This document shows, piece by piece, positions 1-7,111 of a stretch of DNA of 48,666 nt; position 1 is the stretch's first letter, and each line of letters begins with the position of its first letter. Origin of the DNA: Armatimonadota bacterium (GTDB lineage: Bacteria; Armatimonadota; Zipacnadia; Zipacnadales; UBA5352); assembly GCA_051745855.1 (NCBI GenBank), contig JBNJEK010000002.1:1-48666 (forward strand), read 5' to 3'. Under the pieces are notes generated by a model that saw only the letters and a program-made list of their open reading frames with translations, did not search any database and had not been told where the DNA came from. A program made the translations under genes and the position numbers.

Positions 1-200
1 AGCGGATTGCGCGCGGACATCAGCGCCCCGCGGGTCGGCGTGCACAGCGGCGACACGTGGAAATTCTCGCAGCGGGTGGCTGAGGTGTAGAACTCGTCGA
101 TGTTAGGCGTCTGAATCCACGGGTTGCCGTTGCATCCAAGCTCCCCGTAGCCCTGGTCGTCGGTCATGACGAGAATGACGTTTGGCCTGCGTGTTGGCAT
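1..200 (-). CDS. Type I (formylglycine-dependent) sulfatase, N-terminal fragment; the gene continues past the left edge
   Basis: Reverse translation from ATG 200..198 gives MPTRRPNVILVMTDDQGYGELGCNGNPWIQTPNIDEFY...SPLCTPTRGALMSARNP. This is the sulfatase N-terminus with the CxPxR (CTPTR) motif. AAGGAG lies at 210..215, 9 nt upstream. It is absent from the ORF track because it runs off the window. No signal peptide precedes the catalytic core. Confidence 0.85.
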   Translation of the reverse strand, partial: MPTRRPNVILVMTDDQGYGELGCNGNPWIQTPNIDEFYTSATRCENFHVSPLCTPTRGALMSARNP

Positions 201-461
201 GGTAGCGTGCTCCTTTTTGCCGTTGTCGTCAGCCGTATCCGTTGTGGCCCCTGCGCCCTCGCAGGGGGCCTTTTCCACGTTCTTACCGTGCGCTGTCCGT
301 CGCGTTTCGCCGGCGCGACGGAGCGTTCCTCCATCCCCCCGTCCCGAACTCATGAAACCTGCAGGCGTCAAATAACACGCAGGTCCCGCCGCGAGGGCCG
401 GAGAAGAGGTCACGACAGTCCCGAAGCGTCGCCATTAATGCTTCACGCCGGAGGCTTACTC

Positions 462-3400
462 ATGCGCTGGACCCCGATCACAATCGCCTTTTTCGCACTC
501 GTATCACTCCCGTTCGCCTGGAGCTTCGAACCCGATATGTCACCACAACCTGCGAAACATCCGCCACTCTCGCCGGAGGATGGCGCGGTCGCCAACACCA
601 ACCCGCCATCGATGATCTGGCGCCTCGATGACCGCGCCGCGACCTACACGCTCGAGATGAGCCAGAGCCCCGATTTCGAGGGCGAGGTCATCCACGTGGA
701 GGGCATCGACATGCCCTTCTACAACCACTCGGAGGTGCTCGACGCGGGCACCTGGCACTGGCGCTACCTCGTCGTGACCGATGAGGGCGAGGTCTCCGAA
801 CCCAGTGCCGTCAAGAGCTTCACCGTTGCCGCAGATACACCCGAGATGCCCGTGCCGCCCACTGACGAGATCATTGAGAACATCCCCGACCATCCGCGCA
901 TCTTCGTCACGCCCGACACGCTCGACGAGTTCCGCGCCCGGCGCGAGACTGTCGCGAGCGAGGCGTGGCAGGGCATCGAGGCCCGCGCGGATGCATCGCT
1001 TGATGTCTCGATCCCCGAGCTTGATCTGCAGCCGATGCCCGATGACCCGGGCACCTCGCGCAAGCAGGTCTTCTATCTCGTCGACGGCGAGCCACGCGTC
1101 CCGGCCGGTTTCAAGAACACCAACCTGCGCGACGCCTCCTACCGCGCCGGCATCCTGTCGATGGCATGGCAGATCAGCGGCGAGGAGCACTATGCCGAGG
1201 CGGCGCGCGAGTGGGCGCTGTTCGCCGCGCCCTTCAGGATGGACTACCACCTTGAGGACCGCGGGCAGCATGACACGGTCGTGTACAACAACGAGCAGGG
1301 CCTCAAGAACATGGCGCTGGCGTATGATCGGCTCTACCACCGGCTCAGCGAGGACGAACGGGCGGAGATCCTCGACCACATCATCTATCATTCCGAGAAC
1401 GCGATCGCATGGACGCGCGACCGGCTCAAGCTGCACCTCAACTATCAAAACTCCCACGGGCAGCAGTGCATGCACGCGCTGCTCACCACCGTGCTGGCCG
1501 TGGCCGATGAGACCGAGCAGACGCGCGAGTGGGCCGACTGGCTGATCCGCCAGTACGTGAACCGCGACGCGTGGGGCTCCGACGACGGCGGCTACTCCGA
1601 GGGCCAGACCTACGGGCACAAGTTCAAGGACATCCTCGAGGGCCTCGCGGCGCTTACCACAGTAACCGACATCGATGTCTTCAAGCGCCCGCGGCTGCGC
1701 AACGCCGGCCGCTTCTGGATGTACTGCATGTCACTGAACTACTGGTGGAACCACTGGGGTGACGTGTACTCGCTGCTGATGACGGTACCCGGGTCCTCCT
1801 CCGACACCTACATCGCCGGCTTCATCGCGTCGATGACCGACGACCCCTACGTGACGTGGTGGAGCGACACCGTGCTGGGCAACCCGCGCCATGTGCCGCT
1901 TTGGTATCTCTCCAGTACCGGCATCGAGCCCAAGCCCCCCGTTGACATCGCGCAGGCCCGCCTCTTCCCGGACGTCGGGCAGCTTGCGGCATACGATCGC
2001 TTCTACGATCACCGCAGCAACCGCATCTTCTTCCGCTCCAGCCCCTTCGGCGGCCACAGCCACGCGCACGCCGATCAGAACGGCTTCGTCATCCACACCG
2101 GCGGCGAGATCATGGCCGTGGACGCCGGCTACTACACGCACTACGGCGATGACTACCATGCGAAATGGAGCCGCATCACGCCCGCGCACAACACCATCCT
2201 CGTCAACGGTGAGGGCCAGCCCAAGAGCATCGACGCGAAGGGCCACTTCACCTCATTCCTCAACTCCGCCGACTACAGCGTCTTCACCGGCGACGCCGCC
2301 GAGGCGTACCCTGACGTGCTGGAGCAGTTCGACCGCACCGTCATCTTCATCCGCCCGGACATCTTCATCGTGCGCGACGAGCTTCAGGCCGTCGAACCCT
2401 CCACCTTCGACTGGCTGCTCAACACCTTCGAGGAGGCCGAGATCGACGAGGACGCGCAGACGATGATCGTCGGGCAGATGGATCAGCGCCTCCGCGTGCA
2501 GCACGTGGCGCCTGAGGGCCTGACGTACACGCAGAGCAACGAGCGGCCCTACCCGATCCTGACCGAGGGCCGGGACTGGTCGCGGTACACCGAGGCCTTC
2601 CCGCAGCCCTACCACATCCGCGCCACCACCGGCGAGGCCGAGCGCGCGCAGATCCTCGCCGTGATGGACGCGTACGACGAGACCGAGGGGCCCGCGCTTG
2701 AGGCGCTTGAGCAGATCGACGCCGAAGGCGCGCTCGCCGTGCAACTGGTGCGCGACGGACTGACGGAGACCGTGCTCTTCCGCAATGCCGACGCCGACAG
2801 CGTCGCCGTCGATGGCATGGAGACGGACGCCCGCGCAGCAAGCGTCGCCCGGGACGCGCAGGGCGACGTCGTCCGCTGGATGGTCCAGGGCGCCACGCGA
2901 CTCGCGGTCGATGGCACCGAACTCTTCTCCGCACAGGCGCCCTGTGACGTGGCGGCGCAGCTTCCCTCACCGGGGGCCGCCGCGCTGGTGCAGGTCAAGC
3001 CCTCGGCGGAGACCGAACTGAGCATGGCGGCACCCGCGGGAGCGGTCTTTGCCGCCCCGCCGGATGCCCCCGAGCAGGCCGCTGCGGTGGACGCGCGGGT
3101 GGCCGATGGTCGCGCCACGCTCACGCTCGGCGAGGAGACCGTGCTGTGGATCGACCCGGCGATCGACCTCACGGCGCAGCGTGAGCCGCTCGCGATGACG
3201 GTGACCGATGGCGACGGGCAGTACACGCTCGATCTGCAGACCGCGATCGCGGACAACGGCGAGATCGTCGCCTGGGCGTCCTTCGTGGACCCGCGCGAGC
3301 AGGGCGTGTACGACTTCGAGGCCGGTGGCGCCCGGATCCTCGTGCAGGATCGCTGGGACCAGACGCTGAGCGCGGATGGCGCGAGCAGCCTCACCGCACC

Positions 3401-3944
3401 GTGGCGCGAGGCCGCCGAGATCTTCGTGCGCTATGCGCCGGGGAATGCGCCGAACGTGACCGCGACCGTCCGCGACAGCTACCGCGGCCAGCTTGTGAAT
3501 CTGCTGCGCAACGGGAGCTTCGAGGAGGGCAGCCCCGACTATCCGCCGCGCACGTGGACCGTCTGGCATCCCCGGGACATGGGGCACTCGTGGCCCTTCT
3601 GGAGCCAGGAGGACGCGACCGAGGGCGAATCCTGCCTGAAGTTCGTCCGCGCTGAGACGCCGATGACCATCAAGAGCCAGCCGATGCGCCTGCGGACGGC
3701 CGGGACCTACCTGCTGCGCTTCATGGCGCGTGGTGATGCAACGACCGCAACGGTCAAGCTCTCCGGACAGTATGGCAGTGGGGTTGAGATCCCGCTTGAG
3801 CCGAGCGAGGACTGGCGAGAGTACGAGGCCGAGGTCGAGATGGAGCCGGGATACACGCTGGTCAACATCATCTTCGGCTCCGGCGGCGAGGACGAGCAGG
3901 TGCTGTGGCTCGACGACATGCAGTTCGGACGAGTTGAGGGGTAG
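462..3944 (+). CDS. Secreted DUF4962 / heparinase II/III-like polysaccharide lyase with a C-terminal CBM4_9/galactose-binding-like module (1160 aa)
   Basis: This is track ORF 207..3944 with the start moved to ATG 462 (GGAGG at 449..453, 7-8 nt spacing). That start gives the signal peptide MRWTPITIAFFALVSLPFAWS. The N-terminal PSMIWRL...TWHWRY segment resembles DUF4962. The central GGHSHAHADQNGFVIHTGGE...TPAHNTILVNGEGQ block is typical of heparinase II/III C-domains. The tail NLLRNGSFEEG...VLWLDDMQF is CBM-like. Confidence 0.75.
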   Translation: MRWTPITIAFFALVSLPFAWSFEPDMSPQPAKHPPLSPEDGAVANTNPPSMIWRLDDRAATYTLEMSQSPDFEGEVIHVEGIDMPFYNHSEVLDAGTWHWRYLVVTDEGEVSEPSAVKSFTVAADTPEMPVPPTDEIIENIPDHPRIFVTPDTLDEFRARRETVASEAWQGIEARADASLDVSIPELDLQPMPDDPGTSRKQVFYLVDGEPRVPAGFKNTNLRDASYRAGILSMAWQISGEEHYAEAAREWALFAAPFRMDYHLEDRGQHDTVVYNNEQGLKNMALAYDRLYHRLSEDERAEILDHIIYHSENAIAWTRDRLKLHLNYQNSHGQQCMHALLTTVLAVADETEQTREWADWLIRQYVNRDAWGSDDGGYSEGQTYGHKFKDILEGLAALTTVTDIDVFKRPRLRNAGRFWMYCMSLNYWWNHWGDVYSLLMTVPGSSSDTYIAGFIASMTDDPYVTWWSDTVLGNPRHVPLWYLSSTGIEPKPPVDIAQARLFPDVGQLAAYDRFYDHRSNRIFFRSSPFGGHSHAHADQNGFVIHTGGEIMAVDAGYYTHYGDDYHAKWSRITPAHNTILVNGEGQPKSIDAKGHFTSFLNSADYSVFTGDAAEAYPDVLEQFDRTVIFIRPDIFIVRDELQAVEPSTFDWLLNTFEEAEIDEDAQTMIVGQMDQRLRVQHVAPEGLTYTQSNERPYPILTEGRDWSRYTEAFPQPYHIRATTGEAERAQILAVMDAYDETEGPALEALEQIDAEGALAVQLVRDGLTETVLFRNADADSVAVDGMETDARAASVARDAQGDVVRWMVQGATRLAVDGTELFSAQAPCDVAAQLPSPGAAALVQVKPSAETELSMAAPAGAVFAAPPDAPEQAAAVDARVADGRATLTLGEETVLWIDPAIDLTAQREPLAMTVTDGDGQYTLDLQTAIADNGEIVAWASFVDPREQGVYDFEAGGARILVQDRWDQTLSADGASSLTAPWREAAEIFVRYAPGNAPNVTATVRDSYRGQLVNLLRNGSFEEGSPDYPPRTWTVWHPRDMGHSWPFWSQEDATEGESCLKFVRAETPMTIKSQPMRLRTAGTYLLRFMARGDATTATVKLSGQYGSGVEIPLEPSEDWREYEAEVEMEPGYTLVNIIFGSGGEDEQVLWLDDMQFGRVEG

Positions 3945-4107
3945 GTCATCCTGCCATCCGTCCTGTAGCGCGGGGACCTGTGCCCCGCCATGCCGTCAGT
4001 CTCTTCCGTTGTGGCTCCGGTGCCCTCGCCGGGGAGGCGTTTGCTGTTCCATTCGCCGACGGCGCCGGGGCCACAACTGCAACACCTCCCACATCCGGAG
4101 GGAACCC

Positions 4108-5151
4108 ATGCCCACAATAAGCCCCGATGACCTCGAACGCATCACCACAGACCTGCTCATAGCCGCTGGCGCGCGGGACGATGACGCGCGGATCGTCGCC
4201 TTCGGGCTTGTCGGCGCGAACCTCACGGGTTGCGACTCCCACGGCGTCATGCGCCTGCCGCAATACATTGCGAAGATGGAGAACGGTGCCATCGTCCCCG
4301 ACGCGGAGATCGAAGTGGTGCGCGAGGCGCCCGCGACGGCCGTGATCGACGCGAACTGGTGCTTCGGTCAGGTGGCGGCCACCCGCGCGACGGAGATGGC
4401 TATCGCGAAAACCCGAGCCATCGGCCTCGCGGCTGTCTCCGGGCGGCGAAGCAACCACGTCGGCGCGCTGGCGGACTACGTCGAGATGATCGCCGACTCA
4501 GACCTCATCGGCCTGATGTTCGTCAACGGCCACGGTGGCGCGCACAACACCGTCCCCTTCGGCGGCGCCGACCGCCGCCTCTGCACTAACCCGATGGCCG
4601 CCGGCTTCCCCACCGACAGCGACCCGATCGTGCTCGACATCAGCACCGCCGCGGTCGCCGAGGGGAAGGTCCGCACCTACCGTATCGCCGGCAGGCCCGT
4701 CCCCGACCGCTGGATCGTGGACAGCGAGGGCCGGCCGACAAGCGACCCGAACGTGCTCTACGACAATCCGCGAGGAGCGCTCCTGCCGCTGGGCGGGAAC
4801 GTGGGATACAAGGGCTTCGGCCTCGGGATGATGGTGGACATGCTGGCCGGAGGCCTCAGCGGCGCGGGCACATCCGGCCCGGACGCAGGGCGCGGCGGCA
4901 ACGCGTTCACGATCATCGCGCTGGACCCGGCCGCCTTTGCCGGCGAGGACGCCTTCCGCGCGGACGCGGCCTCACTGGTTGCGTGGGTCAAAAGCGCGCG
5001 CCCGGCCCCTGGCTTCGACGAGGTGATCGTGCCGGGCGAGATCGAGCGGCATGAGAGGCTGCGACGAGAGCGTGAGGGCATCCCGATTCCGGACGAGACA
5101 TGGGAGGAGATTCGGACCGCGGCAGAGAACGTGGGGGTGCGGGTGTCCTGA
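4108..5151 (+). CDS. Ldh_2 family (malate/L-lactate/sulfolactate/ureidoglycolate-type) NAD(P)H-dependent dehydrogenase (347 aa)
   Basis: This is track ORF 3730..5151 trimmed to ATG 4108, with GGAGGGA just upstream. The N-terminus MPTISPDDLERITTDLLIAAGARDDDARIVAFGLVGANLTGCDSHGVMRLPQYI matches the Ldh_2 family signature (DSHG..R.P.Y). Confidence 0.8.
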   Translation: MPTISPDDLERITTDLLIAAGARDDDARIVAFGLVGANLTGCDSHGVMRLPQYIAKMENGAIVPDAEIEVVREAPATAVIDANWCFGQVAATRATEMAIAKTRAIGLAAVSGRRSNHVGALADYVEMIADSDLIGLMFVNGHGGAHNTVPFGGADRRLCTNPMAAGFPTDSDPIVLDISTAAVAEGKVRTYRIAGRPVPDRWIVDSEGRPTSDPNVLYDNPRGALLPLGGNVGYKGFGLGMMVDMLAGGLSGAGTSGPDAGRGGNAFTIIALDPAAFAGEDAFRADAASLVAWVKSARPAPGFDEVIVPGEIERHERLRREREGIPIPDETWEEIRTAAENVGVRVS

Positions 5152-5203
5152 CAGGCGGGACGAGTGCCTGTCCCTCGTGACTGTGTCGCCTCTGTCTCCC
5201 CGC

Positions 5204-6370
5204 TTACTGCCGCTCAGGAACCCAGAGCCCGAGCACCCCGGCAACCGCCGGCACCCACGCCACGACCGACAGCATCGCCAGCACGCTCCATGCGTCCGCC
5301 GCAGCCCCCGCCAGCGGCAGGAAGAGCCCGCCCACTCCCCACGCCGCCCCCATCGTCAGCGATGAGGCCACACCCTGCGCTCCCGGCATAAGCTCCTGAC
5401 CCTGCACGATGTTCACCGACACCGCGGCCTGCGCAAGAAAGCCACCCAGTGGCAGAAACCAGTAGCCCGCGGGCAGCCCGAAATGCAGGAAGGCCGCGAA
5501 AGCAGGGGCGCACAGCACAAGCGACACCACCGTCACATTGCGCCTGCCCAGATGGTCCGAAACCCAGCCGCCGAGGAAATTCCCGACACCCCCGGCCACG
5601 ATCATCGATGAGATCAGCCATGCCCCGGCCCGCGTTCCCGCGCCCCAGTCCTTCACCGCCAGCGCCACGAAGTTCGTGAACACGATGATGACCATCGCCC
5701 TCAGAGCGACCACCGCAAAGAGCATGCCAACCTTGCGCATGTGAGGCAGAACATGCGTGCGCAGGCGCATCGGCTCCGTCGCGGTGTCCGGGTAGCGGCC
5801 TCCCGGATGGACCGCGTAGAGGGCCCCGGCGGTCAGCCCGCCCGCGAAAGTCGCCCCGAACATCCCCGGCCAGCCGAAACGCTCAAAGAGCAGCACGCCC
5901 ACCAGCGCGCCCGCTCCGTAGCCGATCGCGCCACCCGCCGAGAAGATCGCCATCCCGAGGCCCCGCCGTGAGCCCGCGACACGGCCGGCCAGCGTCGCGC
6001 CCTGCGGATGGAAGAGCGCAGTGCCGACACCCGCGATCATGTAGAGCGCACCGAGGCTCACCGCGTGCTCGGGCAGCGCCATCAGGCCGACGAACAGGCC
6101 CACAATCGCCGGCCCCAGCGCCACCATGTGCGGGATCCGAAAGCGATCGGCAAGATAGCCGAAGAGTGGCTGGCCGAAGTTGGTCGTGATCGAGACCAGG
6201 CCGGTGATGACACCGATCTGCGTGTTGGTCAGGCCGATCTTCGCCTGGAATTCCGGCCACAGCGGCGGGATGAAGTTGATGCACCCGTCACTGACGGCGT
6301 GGCCGACCACGAGAGCGACCAGCGGCGGAATCCTCGGGTGAATGCGTGGAGCGGCGCTATCGTCTGACAT
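5204..6370 (-). CDS. MFS transporter, Fsr (fosmidomycin-resistance)-like subfamily (388 aa)
   Basis: About 12 hydrophobic segments are present. The N-terminal GHAVSDGCINFIPPLWP and GYLADRF motifs are typical of the Fsr-like MFS group. The start is ATG at 6370. Confidence 0.8.
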   Translation of the reverse strand: MSDDSAAPRIHPRIPPLVALVVGHAVSDGCINFIPPLWPEFQAKIGLTNTQIGVITGLVSITTNFGQPLFGYLADRFRIPHMVALGPAIVGLFVGLMALPEHAVSLGALYMIAGVGTALFHPQGATLAGRVAGSRRGLGMAIFSAGGAIGYGAGALVGVLLFERFGWPGMFGATFAGGLTAGALYAVHPGGRYPDTATEPMRLRTHVLPHMRKVGMLFAVVALRAMVIIVFTNFVALAVKDWGAGTRAGAWLISSMIVAGGVGNFLGGWVSDHLGRRNVTVVSLVLCAPAFAAFLHFGLPAGYWFLPLGGFLAQAAVSVNIVQGQELMPGAQGVASSLTMGAAWGVGGLFLPLAGAAADAWSVLAMLSVVAWVPAVAGVLGLWVPERQ

Positions 6371-6518
6371 CGGCGGAGATCTTCCGATCGATGGAGGAAT
6401 GACGTGCTACGTGGTATTCGGCGACTGCCTCCCGGGGACCTGCCGCGCTCCTCCGATGAACACGGCCAGTTACTATGGCCGGCCCCGGCGACCTGACGCT
6501 GACTTTTTGCGATCCGCC

Positions 6519-6547
6519 TTGACACAAACGTTCGACAGCAGTATCAT
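6519..6547 (+). promoter_or_regulatory. Sigma70-like promoter candidate (TTGACA-N17-TATCAT)
   Basis: TTGACA lies at 6519..6524 and TATCAT at 6542..6547, with an exact 17-nt spacer. It sits about 30 nt upstream of an AAGGAG (6566..6571) and ATG 6581. Confidence 0.5.
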
Positions 6548-6580
6548 GCGAACTGACGTTCGAGAAAGGAGCCGCATACC

Positions 6581-6721
6581 ATGGAGCATCTCTTCACAAA
6601 CATAACCGGCCTCGACATGGCCCTTTGCCTCGCGCTGCTGCTGTTCTACCTTTGGAGTGTGCCGAGAACTGACCAGCAAGCCGAGCGGGCGGAAGAACTG
6701 GACATGAACGCGCCAGACTGA
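6581..6721 (+). CDS. Small single-pass membrane peptide (46 aa), hypothetical
   Basis: It is not in the ORF track because it is under 60 aa. The product is MEHLFTNITGLDMALCLALLLFYLWSVPRTDQQAERAEELDMNAPD. AAGGAG lies 9 nt upstream, about 73% of third positions are G/C (coding-like for this genome), and there is one hydrophobic helix. Confidence 0.45.
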   Translation: MEHLFTNITGLDMALCLALLLFYLWSVPRTDQQAERAEELDMNAPD

Positions 6722-6803
6722 TAGGATGAGGCAGAGGGATATTCGCACGGTCGGCGAATTGTCGGCTGAGGGATCGACCGGCGTACGCGAGGAGAGTCCG
6801 GCA

Positions 6804-7037
6804 GTGAAAAACATCTGTGTCGTTCTGGTACTGCTGTTCGCGCTCGTGCTCATCCTGCCCGGCTGCGGCGGCGGGGATGCCCTCCCCTACGTCGGCTCCC
6901 CCGACGGGGACGCGCCGCCATCGGATGGCGATGTCACTCCCACGCCTCCGGGCGATGACACACCGACACCACCTCCGCCGCCAGGCGATGAGGAGCCGGA
7001 CACCGACCTCCAGCCACCGGCGCCCCCGATCTTCTAA
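6804..7037 (+). CDS. Small Pro/Asp-rich lipoprotein (77 aa), hypothetical
   Basis: This is track ORF 6726..7037 trimmed to GTG 6804, with GGAGAG at about 6791..6796. The product begins VKNICVVLVLLFALVLILPGCGGG, a lipobox-like LPGC. The rest is a P/D/T-rich low-complexity tail. Confidence 0.5.
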   Translation: MKNICVVLVLLFALVLILPGCGGGDALPYVGSPDGDAPPSDGDVTPTPPGDDTPTPPPPPGDEEPDTDLQPPAPPIF

Positions 7038-7061
7038 GCGCCGGACACTACGTTCAACTGA

Positions 7062-7092
7062 GAGAGCACGCCCGTGCAGCGGGCGTGCTCTC
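7062..7092. terminator. Perfect 13-bp GC-rich hairpin between convergent genes (bidirectional terminator candidate)
   Basis: The left arm GAGAGCACGCCCG (7062..7074), loop tgcag and right arm CGGGCGTGCTCTC (7080..7092) form the hairpin. It lies between the lipoprotein stop (7037) and the stop of the 694-aa gene (7112). Confidence 0.55.
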
Positions 7093-7111
7093 ACGCGTCT
7101 CTCCCGTCCGC

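Noticed and set aside
207-461. The N-terminal 85 codons of track ORF 207..3944, and likewise 3730..4107 of ORF 3730..5151
   Set aside because: The upstream extensions are Arg/Ser/Pro-rich and lack an SD. Internal ATGs at 462 and 4108 have GGAGG-type SDs at proper spacing, and they yield a signal peptide and the canonical Ldh_2 N-terminus respectively. The 3730 extension also overlaps the lyase 3' end.
6473-7094. Minus-strand ORFs 6473..6853 (126 aa) and 6594..7094 (166 aa)
   Set aside because: They overlap the better-supported plus-strand small ORFs, which have a promoter, an SD, a lipobox and a terminator. They have no start signals and an Arg-rich composition.
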